Source: a virus (taxonomy: Duplodnaviria; Caudoviricetes). From it: a DNA stretch of 64,000 nucleotides. Both the position numbers and the translations under genes were made by a program. This document shows positions 9,941 through 20,590 of this stretch, one piece after another; position 1 is the first letter of the stretch; the number at the start of each line of letters is the position of its first letter. The notes beneath the pieces are model-generated. The model ran no database searches. It was not told the origin of the DNA and saw only the letters and a program-made list of their open reading frames with translations. The stretch is taken from the IMG/VR virus record IMGVR_UViG_3300010340_001122; one strand, given 5' to 3'.

Positions 9941-10759
9941 TTAAATTACCGATTTAAGTTTATAATCTCGTTCAATTTTACAAACTGGAATAGGATTCAT
10001 TTTATGCTTATTCGCATTATGTCTTGATTTATAAATTTTTAAAACTTCACTTTGTCTATCAATATCTGGACAAGTTGCATAATCCAAAATTCCGGTTTCA
10101 ATATATTTCATAGCCCACTCAAGTTCATCATAGGTTGCACCAATTTGATCTTCATCAGTTCTGCCATCAGTCCATAGTCCATCAGTAGGTCTTACCTTTA
10201 AAATGCTTTCAGTTACTCCTAAATATCTACCAAGATCATAGACTTCACTTTTCATAAGGTCGGCAATTGGTGAAATATCAACACCACCATCACCATATTT
10301 AGTATAGAATCCAATACCAAAGTCTTCAACCTTATTACCAGTACCAACAACCAACATTGTATTACACTGAGCAATATTATATAAAGTGACCATTCTTAAA
10401 CGGGATCTAACATTTGCTAGAGCAAGATTATTAACCTCTTCATTTTCAGAAGTAACTATATCTTTTGATTCGATTGTATAGCAAAAAGCATCAAATGTTT
10501 TAGTTAAATCAACATTTACTGATTTAACATTTGGATATTTTTCACACAAATTTTTAATATGTTCTAATGACAAATTATGTCCGACCTTTTCTTTAATCGG
10601 AAGAGATACTACAATTGTAGGAAGTCCAGTATTTGCACATAGTGTAGAAACAACGGCAGAATCGATTCCACCACTAACACCAATTACAAATCCTTTTTGT
10701 TTGCTAGATGTGGCATAATCTTTAAGCCAAGATTGTATTTGTTCTGAAATGTTTTTCAT
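9941..10759 (-). CDS. nadE: NH3-dependent NAD+ synthetase
   Basis: SGGIDSAV, NVRSRLRMV, GFYTKYGDGG, DISPIADL, TDEDQIG. Confidence 0.92.
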   Translation of the reverse strand: MKNISEQIQSWLKDYATSSKQKGFVIGVSGGIDSAVVSTLCANTGLPTIVVSLPIKEKVGHNLSLEHIKNLCEKYPNVKSVNVDLTKTFDAFCYTIESKDIVTSENEEVNNLALANVRSRLRMVTLYNIAQCNTMLVVGTGNKVEDFGIGFYTKYGDGGVDISPIADLMKSEVYDLGRYLGVTESILKVRPTDGLWTDGRTDEDQIGATYDELEWAMKYIETGILDYATCPDIDRQSEVLKIYKSRHNANKHKMNPIPVCKIERDYKLKSVI

Positions 10760-10913
10760 AGAAGTTTTAATTTTAATCTCTCACGTTCAAGTTTTTGTTT
10801 ATATTTCTCATATTTTAAAGGTTCATTTTCTTTAAAATTTTTACTAGCAAGAGCTTTCTCAAGGAATTTTATATAATCCTCAATTTCTTTTTTGGTTGGT
10901 TTCTTATTAGCCA

Positions 10914-11285
10914 TCAATTTGTGGAAATAGACAATTGAATAAAACTCATGAACATCAATCCTAGAAGTATTAAAATTGGACCAAAACCAACCATCAACAT
11001 TATGAATTGGTCTCGAATAGATTTACTATCAATAACACAATCATTAATTGTAAATAATTTATATGGTACCATAAACCAACCTACAAATGGTATCATCCAA
11101 AACCATTCGGGATGTATGATTACTTTTCCTTTCATATCTTCGGATGTATCGTGAATCAACCTAACCTTATCTAAGGTGTTTCTGGTTCGTCCATATTCCG
11201 GAGATTCCATAACAATAGTGTTTGTATCATAATCAATACTGACTACTGTGTGATATGTTTTTGTTTCGAGGTCTAGTGCTTTCAT
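10914..11285 (-). CDS. hypothetical membrane protein
   Basis: Two hydrophobic segments; TATATTTG upstream. Confidence 0.7.
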   Translation of the reverse strand: MKALDLETKTYHTVVSIDYDTNTIVMESPEYGRTRNTLDKVRLIHDTSEDMKGKVIIHPEWFWMIPFVGWFMVPYKLFTINDCVIDSKSIRDQFIMLMVGFGPILILLGLMFMSFIQLSISTN

Positions 11286-11337
11286 AAAACAAATATACGA
11301 ATATTTTTTAATTGTCCTATTTTTTATATATACTTTT

Positions 11338-12495
11338 ATGAAATATATTAGATCATATAATGAATTAAATGAAGAGTTGTCTAGAAACCAAAGAATGTGG
11401 ATTCACTTACCAATAATATTAGGTGGGCTGTTATTAAATAAACTCACTGGAGTACAACCACTATTCAACTACAAATGGAATGAAATCAAAAAGAAAACTA
11501 CCAATTCTAAATTCGATCCAATTTTAGCAAGTTCTGGTGGAGAACTAAAAAAAATTAAAAGGGAATTTAAAAAAATAACACGTAAAGATATACCTGAGAA
11601 TAAATTAGGATTCTCAATGTTTTTGAGAAATTGGAACATATATCTAGTTACTAATGATACTCACTCTGATAATTCAAGTAATGACCCCAAATATCAAAGA
11701 CCTATTGTTTATATAACTAAAGATGAAGTAAAAACAGGAGATTATTGTATTGGTGAGAGAATATCCGATAATGTTGTTTATCCTGATTTTAAATATTCTA
11801 AAAAAACTGGAAATATAAAACCTGATAATTTAAATGAATATCCAATAATTGTTATGATTGCTAAAGGTGATAAAGCTGAAGAAACAATTAGTATGACACA
11901 ATATATTGATGATATATGCTTAGAACTAGAAGATGATTTGATGGTGAAAGTTGATCCATATTTTAATAAAAATGGTGATCAAATATCAATAAATATTAAA
12001 CCGATAGATTCTAAAATATATTTTACTGATGAATTAGATTCTAAATTAGATACTATACGTAAAAGCGTTGAATCATATCTACAAGGTGAAGGATATATAC
12101 TAAAAGGAACCATTACATATTATGTAGAAAATCTATGGTATTTTGGAGATAAAGGTAGATTTAAGGAAATGAAAGAAATGGGAGAATTATATGATAAACA
12201 GTATTTATCATATGAGGATGATCCTCGATTTGCTATGGTATCTGTTTCAGAATCTAAGAAATTATCACTGAATATTGAGAAATGTTGCAATAGTTCTTTA
12301 TTTTTAAATAAAAGATATTCTAAAAAATTTGGATATGATAAATATGATTTTAGAATTAATTCTAATGATTTACGACTTTTGATAAGTGATAAAGAAAATT
12401 GCTCCACAACACATTATGTTATAAACAAAAAACTAAGTAATAGTGATCCAAATTCAATTGAGTTGAAATCTATTAAAATCTATTTTTCAGTCTAA
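11338..12495 (+). CDS. hypothetical protein with N-terminal MKYIRSYNE tag
   Basis: 385 aa; TATATA upstream. Confidence 0.75.
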   Translation: MKYIRSYNELNEELSRNQRMWIHLPIILGGLLLNKLTGVQPLFNYKWNEIKKKTTNSKFDPILASSGGELKKIKREFKKITRKDIPENKLGFSMFLRNWNIYLVTNDTHSDNSSNDPKYQRPIVYITKDEVKTGDYCIGERISDNVVYPDFKYSKKTGNIKPDNLNEYPIIVMIAKGDKAEETISMTQYIDDICLELEDDLMVKVDPYFNKNGDQISINIKPIDSKIYFTDELDSKLDTIRKSVESYLQGEGYILKGTITYYVENLWYFGDKGRFKEMKEMGELYDKQYLSYEDDPRFAMVSVSESKKLSLNIEKCCNSSLFLNKRYSKKFGYDKYDFRINSNDLRLLISDKENCSTTHYVINKKLSNSDPNSIELKSIKIYFSV

Positions 12496-12816
12496 TAATT
12501 TTCCTAGGTTTATATCTCTATCAATAGATTTGATCAAATCTTGTATTCCCTGATGTTTTTCTAATTCTACAAAAACATATGCTGACCTTGATGATTCATG
12601 ATAATGTTTTCTAACGTGATCTGGAATACCTGGATATTCAATATCAATTAACTTATCGATTACTTCTTTCTTAGCATCTTCCCAGGATGATCCTTCTTCG
12701 ATTCTTTTAAAGAATTCTTTCATAGTATCTATTTGATCATCAAGTAACATACAATATACTTTAGATCCTTTAACATCAAATGAATGAATTCCAATTTTTA
12801 ATTCTCTTTTATACAT
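12487..12816 (-). CDS. hypothetical protein with C-terminal tag
   Basis: Ends DRDINLGKLL. Confidence 0.7.
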   Translation of the reverse strand: MYKRELKIGIHSFDVKGSKVYCMLLDDQIDTMKEFFKRIEEGSSWEDAKKEVIDKLIDIEYPGIPDHVRKHYHESSRSAYVFVELEKHQGIQDLIKSIDRDINLGKLLD

Positions 12817-12861
12817 ATAATTATATTTTTATTAATGAAATAGTTTTATTACATTTGTAAA

Positions 12862-13221
12862 ATGGACTCAGTGAAATATCTTATTATAAATAATAATGCC
12901 TTTCTAGTTTTAGAAGAATTGGAATCTGAATTATGTTCTTTCAAATGGGATCCACATGCTAATAGAAATTGTAGAATTGTAGAATATGATAAACAAATTG
13001 GAGTTCTTATTTGTGAGTATGGTGACAAATATTTAGCTTCTCTGATTAGCATTCAAAATGTGATTAGTAAAATCAAAAAAGAAACTAATAGAAATGAGAA
13101 CATTCAAAAAGAAAAAATTAAATATAATGAGTATTTAATTGAAAAGTTGACTACACATATAAGAAATAAAAAAATTAATGAAATAACATCACCTTACGAA
13201 ACACAAATTTTATATTGCTAA
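12862..13221 (+). CDS. hypothetical protein with tag near C-terminus
   Basis: IRNKKINEI; TACATTTG directly upstream. Confidence 0.7.
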   Translation: MDSVKYLIINNNAFLVLEELESELCSFKWDPHANRNCRIVEYDKQIGVLICEYGDKYLASLISIQNVISKIKKETNRNENIQKEKIKYNEYLIEKLTTHIRNKKINEITSPYETQILYC

Positions 13222-13583
13222 TGAAAATTAATCCACAGATAAAAAACAGATCTAAATCTAATTTTTGGATAAATTCTAATAGTGGTGATTGGATACACCA
13301 ATCGCCAGATGGTATTTATACACTACATCTATTATCTAGAGTTGATTCTGATGGTAATTATCTATCCGCAGTTAATATACAATTGACAAATATTCAGTTT
13401 ATGTCAATTAAAGGATTTATTGCCATTAAAGAAAAGAAACTATTCTCTAGAACAGCAGGTGTGGATAAGAGAAGTAAATGGGCACCAACTAAAGCTGATG
13501 GAACTAAAGGAATAGCAGAGAGAACAAAAGTTCCAAATATTTCAGAATCAAGAGATATTCGTTTAAAAGAATTAGGATTATGA
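13215..13583 (+). CDS. hypothetical protein with C-terminal tag
   Basis: Ends SRDIRLKELGL. Confidence 0.7.
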   Translation: MLMKINPQIKNRSKSNFWINSNSGDWIHQSPDGIYTLHLLSRVDSDGNYLSAVNIQLTNIQFMSIKGFIAIKEKKLFSRTAGVDKRSKWAPTKADGTKGIAERTKVPNISESRDIRLKELGL

Positions 13584-13852
13584 TAGTTTTCTTAAATACA
13601 TTTAAATGGAACGACCAAATCATCAAGGAACATGAACTGATAGTTGATGATGAATTTTTAGAATCCAATAATATAAGCGATACTATTGGTGCGGGTGGAT
13701 TAATACTAATATTTAAACATTATTATAATATTGATATTGGTGATTATGGGCTTAAAGAGGTTGTTATAGATAATAACTCATCAAAAATAACTTTACATCT
13801 AAAAGAAGAAGATTTTAGAGAGGTATATCTTAGTGATATTTTAAAAAAGTAA
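13580..13852 (+). CDS. hypothetical protein
   Basis: Ends FREVYLSDIL; ATGA overlap. Confidence 0.7.
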   Translation: MIVFLNTFKWNDQIIKEHELIVDDEFLESNNISDTIGAGGLILIFKHYYNIDIGDYGLKEVVIDNNSSKITLHLKEEDFREVYLSDILKK

Positions 13853-13900
13853 TTAAAAGTAATCTTTTCAATATATAAAGAATGAAAAGATTACTTTTAA
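13853..13900 (+). promoter_or_regulatory. 18-bp perfect hairpin with TATATA motif in loop, covering a start codon
   Basis: TTAAAAGTAATCTTTTCA / TGAAAAGATTACTTTTAA. Confidence 0.65.
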
Positions 13901-14058
13901 TAGTTTCTCCGTATTTTATATTTTGCTTACTTTTTAGCTTTTTGTTTCTATTTAGACCCACAAAAAATAATGAAAATTTAAAAAATACAAACGATAGTAA
14001 CAATAAACCAATTATAGTTGATTCTCTTTCTAATTTAGAATCTGATACAATTTTTTAG
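13882..14058 (+). CDS. 58-aa single-pass membrane protein (absent from ORF track)
   Basis: Manual translation MKRLLLIVSPYFIFCLLFSFLFLF... Confidence 0.55.
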   Translation: MKRLLLIVSPYFIFCLLFSFLFLFRPTKNNENLKNTNDSNNKPIIVDSLSNLESDTIF

Positions 14059-14645
14059 ATTTCATCAAACCTTTTCAATTTAAAAATCGATCTAATATTA
14101 TCTAATTTAGATTTAATTTCATTCACTAAGAGATTCTGAATTCTATTAAATTTTCTATTTGCCTCTAATTCATGAATAATCTTACTAGTTTCTTTAAAAT
14201 ATTTATTCCTGAAACTTTCAGATGCTGTGAAAGCGTCTGAAATATTTTGTAATCTATCTGCGAATTTAATAATAAGTGCATCATCAGTCATATTAAGCAT
14301 CTTATCTATAAGATAATCTGTTTTATTACCACTATAATCATAATCAAGTTCATCATCTAATGAGGTTAATTCCTTAACAAGATTAGCAACTCTTTCTCCG
14401 AAAATATTTTTTATTTCATGATAACCAACATCCTTATCTTCATAACAATCTTCTATTACATCATGTAATAATGCTGCTATTAATAGATCTTCATCACTTG
14501 TATATTGTTTGACAATCCCATTAACTTTCTGAACGTGAGCATCAAAGTATGGTTTGCCTATAAACTTTCTTACTTGGCCTTTATGAGCTTCTTTAGCAAA
14601 CTCCCAGGCTTGTCTTTCTCTTGGTGTTATTCCTTTGTTTGCCAT
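14055..14645 (-). CDS. HD-domain small alarmone hydrolase-like protein (RelA/SpoT HD, Mesh1-like)
   Basis: AH.GQ.RK..G.PY..H, AALLHDVIED, KFADRLQN. Confidence 0.85.
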   Translation of the reverse strand: MANKGITPRERQAWEFAKEAHKGQVRKFIGKPYFDAHVQKVNGIVKQYTSDEDLLIAALLHDVIEDCYEDKDVGYHEIKNIFGERVANLVKELTSLDDELDYDYSGNKTDYLIDKMLNMTDDALIIKFADRLQNISDAFTASESFRNKYFKETSKIIHELEANRKFNRIQNLLVNEIKSKLDNIRSIFKLKRFDEI

Positions 14646-14695
14646 GATTTATATATTAGATAGCAAATCTACAAAAATATTTTTATATTTGTATT

Positions 14696-14968
14696 ATGAC
14701 AAAGGATATACTAATTGAGATACTTACTGAATTAGGAATTGAAAAAAGTGGTGTTAGTGTTAAATTTACTACCGACTATAATCATCAATGGGTTGATTTT
14801 TATTTTGGACGATATAACTTATATGGTAGTTACAAGTTATGTGAAGTAACAGTCTCTAATGTTATAAATGAATTAGATAAATTTTTATCAACAAATGATA
14901 ATTATAAAATAAAAAGATCTGTTATTTTAAGAGAATACTTAATTGATGAAGTTCTTAAAATTAACTAA
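14696..14968 (+). CDS. hypothetical protein
   Basis: TATATTTG directly upstream; ends LREYLIDEVL. Confidence 0.7.
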   Translation: MTKDILIEILTELGIEKSGVSVKFTTDYNHQWVDFYFGRYNLYGSYKLCEVTVSNVINELDKFLSTNDNYKIKRSVILREYLIDEVLKIN

Positions 14969-16117
14969 ATTTTCAAATTGACCCATCTTTAATTTTTCTT
15001 GTTCATCAACACCACCAGTACACATTCTAATAAAATTGTCTAAAACTGGATAAGACATTTCTTTATCTTCTGGATGAAATAATAATCCATATCTTTGTCT
15101 TTGTTCATCAGATATACCAACCACTATATCTTTCAACATTGCAATTTGTTTAAACCCATTAGGATCTTTATCTATTATATCGTGAAATGAGAAACTAAAT
15201 TCTATATTACCTAAGTCCATATCTTTAAATAAAGAATGATTTGTATTAGCTTTTGTCAATTTTAAATGTTTGTGAGTAAAATTGCCAGAATCTTTTAGGG
15301 TACCTCCATAAAATTTAACCATGGATTGGAATCCATAACAGATACCTAAAATTGGTTTTTTTAAATTTTTATAGATTTCAAATGATAATCCATCACTATT
15401 TTCTGATCTTAAATCAGATCCTGTTGATATAGCACCAATTATATTTTTAAAATTTGGAATTTCTTCTATTTTAGATGTAATAATATGTTCAATCCCTCTC
15501 ATTCTTAGATAGTTAACAATATTATTTAAATACATATTATCTGTAGTTCCGCTATTATTTATTATCAATATTTTTTTATTATTAGGTAATGGTGTTAGTT
15601 TAATAGATTCATTTTGATAAGTGTCTGGATATTTATCAATAAATTTAAAATCATCACTACTTAATTTATATCCAAAATTAAAATTATTAAAAAAATTAAC
15701 TAAATCATTTATTGATTTATCTTCAAATCCAAATTGTGAATATTTATCAGCAACAGAACCTATTCCATTATAATGAGAGATGGTTATTTTATTTGGTGAT
15801 TCAATAGAAAATTCCGATTTTATTTGATCACCATAAATAATATCAACGAGTGTTTTAAATCCGTTTTCGTTTTTAACAAAATGTATATCTAAAGAAAGAG
15901 TATCTGGTTCTCCATCTTTAGTGACATTTCCATCATTTGCTGTATTTTGATAATAAAATGCCCTTATAATATCATTTTCTCGTGTTATATCGGATTTAAC
16001 GAGTTTATAATTACCATCTGATGTATATATTTCCAATTCATTTGGAAAAGATTTTTTTACTTTTTCATCATAAATTGTAATATTATTATTCTCATTAAAA
16101 TTTTTCAAGAATCTCAT
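14939..16117 (-). CDS. class I glutamine amidotransferase (GMP-synthase-like) fused to a phage-specific N-terminal domain
   Basis: PILGICYGFQ nucleophile elbow, FHPE; N-half resembles 53986..54489. Confidence 0.8.
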   Translation of the reverse strand: MRFLKNFNENNNITIYDEKVKKSFPNELEIYTSDGNYKLVKSDITRENDIIRAFYYQNTANDGNVTKDGEPDTLSLDIHFVKNENGFKTLVDIIYGDQIKSEFSIESPNKITISHYNGIGSVADKYSQFGFEDKSINDLVNFFNNFNFGYKLSSDDFKFIDKYPDTYQNESIKLTPLPNNKKILIINNSGTTDNMYLNNIVNYLRMRGIEHIITSKIEEIPNFKNIIGAISTGSDLRSENSDGLSFEIYKNLKKPILGICYGFQSMVKFYGGTLKDSGNFTHKHLKLTKANTNHSLFKDMDLGNIEFSFSFHDIIDKDPNGFKQIAMLKDIVVGISDEQRQRYGLLFHPEDKEMSYPVLDNFIRMCTGGVDEQEKLKMGQFENLVNFKNFIN

Positions 16118-16192
16118 GTAATTATATATTAAATAATTAAATTCAGATATTTTAGAAATAATATATACATTTAAAATTAAAATAATATAATT

Positions 16193-17716
16193 ATGCTTAA
16201 AAGATATAATGATTTCCTATTTGAATCGATGATTTTTGAATCGATTGTTGTTTATTCTGATAAATTTAGAAAAATATTAAATGATGTTGATTCACCAGTT
16301 GCTCAAGCTTTGAAAGATGTTGAGACCAAAGATTTAGATGTTTCTAATAATTATTTAGACATAAATGATAAAGATACTATTAGTTTTATAACTGATAGAA
16401 AGGCAAAAGAAATTTTGGAACAATCTGGGAAATTTGCAACATTTAATGGTGGTTCTGGATTTCTAAAACATTCACCCGCTAATAATACAATATTTGGATT
16501 ACTTGGATATGAGCCTGTTGGAGATCAAACCTACCACCCAAATAGTGGTGAAAAAGGTGAAGTTATTAGCAAAGCTAAATCTACTAGATCTGAAAATATT
16601 TATGTCAAAATAAAATTTCCTGGTGGAATGACCGTTGTGAACGAGAGTAATATTAGATATATTGATTCAAGTAAATTACCATTTGAGCAAAATAGACAAA
16701 CAATAAGAACCGGTAGAGGAGTTAAAGCTCTTTTAAGTAAATCTGATTTTAAATTTACTGATGCTGATATTGAACAATTTGTAAATAAATATAAATCAGC
16801 TTGGGATAAAATGAATGATATATTCAGAAAGTTCGAACTTGTTAATGGTGAAAAAATTTCATATTGGTATTCCTACCCTAATTATGAAACTCTAAGAGGT
16901 ACTCTTGGGTCTTCATGTATGAGAAATGTTAATAAAAGTTTTTTTGATATTTATGTTAAAAATCCAGAGAAGTGTTCATTATTAATTTTAAAAGCTGATG
17001 ATGAATCTAAAATAAAAGGAAGAGTTTTAATTTGGAAGTTAGATAATCCACAAGTTACTTTTATGGATAGAATTTATACTAATAACGATTCTGATATTGA
17101 ATTATTTAAACAATATGCATATAAAGAAGGGTGGTATCATAAACAACATCAAAGTAGTTCAAGTGATTCTAATTTAGTTGGTAAAGAAGGTAATAAAAGA
17201 GAAGGAGAATTGGTTGTTAATTTAACAAATGCCAATTGTGATAAATATCCATATTTAGATACTCTTAAATTTTTAAATAGAGATACTGGTAAATTAACAA
17301 CCGAATCGAGTTATGGTGATCGTGACTATATTACACTTGAAGACACGGCTGGTAGATGGGCAGAAGATGATGAATGTGAAACTTGCGGAGGTTCAGGTCG
17401 AGTAGAGTGTTCAAGATGTGAGGGTAGTGGTATGGAGGATTGTGATGAATGTTATTCAAGAAGAACTCGAAGAAGCTCTGGTCGTGTAGATTGTGGTGAT
17501 TGTGATGGTGTCGGTGATATCAATTGTAAAACTTGTGATGGTGCTGGTGAAAAAAATGGTGAGAGTTGTGCAGATTGCTCAGGATCTGGTAAAACTTCTT
17601 GTGAAACTTGTGATGGTGCTGGTGATGTAGAGTGTAGTAATTGTGAAGGAAATGGTGAAATGGAGTGTGGCCGTTGTGATGGTGTTGGTGAAGTAGATTG
17701 TCCAGATTGTTATTAA
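16193..17716 (+). CDS. large protein with C-terminal DnaJ-type CxxCxGxG repeats
   Basis: About 9 CxxCxGxG-type repeats; central SCM...GR.LIW...MDRIYT domain. Confidence 0.8.
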   Translation: MLKRYNDFLFESMIFESIVVYSDKFRKILNDVDSPVAQALKDVETKDLDVSNNYLDINDKDTISFITDRKAKEILEQSGKFATFNGGSGFLKHSPANNTIFGLLGYEPVGDQTYHPNSGEKGEVISKAKSTRSENIYVKIKFPGGMTVVNESNIRYIDSSKLPFEQNRQTIRTGRGVKALLSKSDFKFTDADIEQFVNKYKSAWDKMNDIFRKFELVNGEKISYWYSYPNYETLRGTLGSSCMRNVNKSFFDIYVKNPEKCSLLILKADDESKIKGRVLIWKLDNPQVTFMDRIYTNNDSDIELFKQYAYKEGWYHKQHQSSSSDSNLVGKEGNKREGELVVNLTNANCDKYPYLDTLKFLNRDTGKLTTESSYGDRDYITLEDTAGRWAEDDECETCGGSGRVECSRCEGSGMEDCDECYSRRTRRSSGRVDCGDCDGVGDINCKTCDGAGEKNGESCADCSGSGKTSCETCDGAGDVECSNCEGNGEMECGRCDGVGEVDCPDCY

Positions 17717-17732
17717 AAATAAATTTTACTAA

Positions 17733-18647
17733 ATGAATGAATCTATATATAGAAGTCCAAAATGGTTAAGAAATATTGTTGATTTTGAAGTCAATACTGG
17801 TAAAGATATTAAAGGCGAACCATCAAAGAAAACCATATTAAAGGCATGGGATGAAAGATGGAAAGAGTGTGGTGATAGGGATATATTTGGTAGTTTTTAT
17901 AAAGAGAACTATGATAGAACTGCTTATTATCTAACATCAACTGAACTTGAGAAAATAAGAAAATCTCTTAGAGGTGATATGTCAGTTTGGGATAAGTTTG
18001 ATAAATGGTTACCTGGTTACGAGCAACGTGAAAAAGAAAGGGCAGAAAGACTTAGAGATTATGAGAGAAAAGAAAGAGAAGCTAGTGAAAAGGAGAGACA
18101 AAGACAAAATGAGGAAAAAAGGAAAAAGGAACAAAAACAAAAAGAGATTAATGATGAATTAGATAGTTTATATTCATTGATGGGTAGAGATTTCTATTCT
18201 AATCCTTATATTGATAAAATACAAACACCAACTATAAATGGTATAACTGTTTTTCACTATACATTTGAGGATGGTAAAATTGTCAAAATCGAGGGAAATA
18301 AAATAATCTGGGGATCATCTATCTATACTGTTGGATTACTCTATAGAAATAGATTTACTCAACTTGGAAATGATATGATATCAAAAGCTAGAAGTCGTCC
18401 AAGAAATTCAGGATCTTATCAAAAATCAACTCAAAAAAAATCAACTGGTCATCCAAAAGAACCATTATATAATACGCTTAAAGCAACGATTAAACAAAGA
18501 GAAGATCAGTTAAAGAAAATGTCTAAGAATGATCCAGATAGAGCTTCATTAGAAAATGAATTAAAAACTGCTCAGACTAAATTAAAAGCCATGAAAGATA
18601 AATATCAGTTTGAAAATTTGAAATATTTTAAAGATTTTAAAATTTAA
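17733..18647 (+). CDS. hypothetical coiled-coil protein
   Basis: E/R/K-rich centre; ends ENLKYFKDF. Confidence 0.75.
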   Translation: MNESIYRSPKWLRNIVDFEVNTGKDIKGEPSKKTILKAWDERWKECGDRDIFGSFYKENYDRTAYYLTSTELEKIRKSLRGDMSVWDKFDKWLPGYEQREKERAERLRDYERKEREASEKERQRQNEEKRKKEQKQKEINDELDSLYSLMGRDFYSNPYIDKIQTPTINGITVFHYTFEDGKIVKIEGNKIIWGSSIYTVGLLYRNRFTQLGNDMISKARSRPRNSGSYQKSTQKKSTGHPKEPLYNTLKATIKQREDQLKKMSKNDPDRASLENELKTAQTKLKAMKDKYQFENLKYFKDFKI

Positions 18648-18820
18648 ATTTTTTTCATATATTTGTCTATGTGGAAGAAAATAAAATCTATTCTGATGTT
18701 TAAGACAGATAAAATTGAAGATGAAAATTCAAAAAAAATAACCTACCGATTTGAAATTGGTGATAATATCTATTGGATTCTTTGGTGGTTCGGTGCATTT
18801 TTTTTAATGTTCTTTGATAA

Positions 18821-19528
18821 ATGTTAAATTATCAAATAAAAATACCGATTGATGATGATTTCGGAACTGATCGAAATCAATTTACTGGTGCCCTAATTCC
18901 AGTATTAGGGATTACATCTATATGTGGGGATTATGCTATTGTAGATCCAAGTATTTTCAATAATAAAGATTTTTTTAAACCAATATTGACTTTATTAAAT
19001 CATAACAAAAGATTCAAAGATGTCAGTAATGATGAGTTATTTCAGATTATGTCTAAATTTGGCAATTATCAGTTTATAGATAGTAATTTTGGAAAATCTC
19101 AAAAGTTTAATCTTGATAATCCATTCGATCTTAGTAGAGTTGATAAAATTGATGATATAAGAATTGATTTTAGTTTTAAACATTGTCCTCTCAATAGTGT
19201 ATTACTAATCGATAATGGATCTTTTATTGAAATACATCTTTATCCATATACGAAAAACTACTGGACAATGAGTGAGACTGATTGGTGGAGATTTACAAAT
19301 TATTTAGAAGAGAATCTCGATCTATCTGAAGTGCGTGATAATAAAATCAATGAGATTTTGGGCGATACTAAACCTTATAAAAATCTATTAAGACAATTAG
19401 GATTCATAGTTTCAGAAGAAAGAAATAATAGTAATTATTTCTTTGATAGTGTTTGGATATATTATAAAAGTAAAGGATATATTAGTCAAAAGCAAGCAGA
19501 ATCTTTGATTAAAAGTATTTGGTCTTAA
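18821..19528 (+). CDS. hypothetical protein
   Basis: 235 aa; internal VRDNKINEILG tag. Confidence 0.75.
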   Translation: MLNYQIKIPIDDDFGTDRNQFTGALIPVLGITSICGDYAIVDPSIFNNKDFFKPILTLLNHNKRFKDVSNDELFQIMSKFGNYQFIDSNFGKSQKFNLDNPFDLSRVDKIDDIRIDFSFKHCPLNSVLLIDNGSFIEIHLYPYTKNYWTMSETDWWRFTNYLEENLDLSEVRDNKINEILGDTKPYKNLLRQLGFIVSEERNNSNYFFDSVWIYYKSKGYISQKQAESLIKSIWS

Positions 19529-20575
19529 ATTCTTCTAAAAAAATCTACAAATTTTTGAATTCTTGTTTTTGTATAAAATTTATAGGAATATCCACCACCA
19601 ATCGAACTTAATACATGACCTTCTCCCCTAGTATAAGCGTCACCATCATTATATAATATTCCATTATAAATATTTAATCTAGAAAATGTATCCATATATG
19701 GATAATGTTTATAAGTTCCTGATCTGACTTTAACAGTCATTTCAACATTATATACCTCTTTATTAAATGTTATTTTAGACTTATTAGTATAATTATTTTC
19801 AGTTTTATAAGCCCATCCATTATTCTCAGCATATTTTTGAATTTTTGGTATAAGATAGTCTTCTGTTGTATATGTTCTATCCAGATAATATTTAATATCC
19901 AACTTTTTATTTGTGCCTTCCTCAACAATAGTATTTAAAGTCCATAATAGAGCTCTTCCAACAATTTGTCCTTTTTCTTTTAAAACTAATAATTGACAAA
20001 CTTTTTCATTTATTGAATATAATTCTAAATAATTGGTTCTATCATTCATACATGAGCTTCCAATAGTACCTTTGCAAGTAAGGTAATTATCTGAATTATA
20101 TCCCCATTTTATATCTGATCCTTTTAATAGAACAAATTCTTTTTTACTATCATCAAATGATGATTTAAAAAGATTAACAAATTTCTCTATATCAGAATCC
20201 TTATAATTATTTCCGGATATTTTTTTAACTAATTTTCCGATTTTTATTTCATTTCTAGATGTTGTATAAACATTGGGACCTTTTCCTTGCATATTTCTGT
20301 TAAAAATATCATCATTATCTGATTTTAAAAATTCTGTATCAATATCTAAATCATCACCATCAAAAAAATCTTTAATTTTTTTGATGGTATTGTTCATAGT
20401 TGAGAACGATATTAAACCATCATCATCAATATCAATAAATGTAATATCTGGTAAAATATTTTCTCCTTCATGATTTAATATTTTCTTTGGATATTGGATG
20501 ATCTATTTTTTTCATTACCTCTCTAAATCTTGGAGAATAATATAATAATGATTCTAAAATTGATTCATACGTCAT
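19525..20575 (-). CDS. paralog of 16193..17716 lacking the Zn repeats; 5' end has two compensating homopolymer indels
   Basis: SSCM, GRALLW, LDRTYT, YPYMDT; N-terminus MTYESILESLLYYSPRF reconstructed by hand. Confidence 0.7.
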
Positions 20576-20590
20576 TTCTTATATATTAAT

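Noticed and set aside
20397-20575. Programmed frameshifting at the 5' end of the 19525 gene (also breaks near 6943, 21960, 27590)
   Set aside because: The 20.5 kb case is two compensating indels in A-runs; sequencing error or decay is the simpler explanation without reads.
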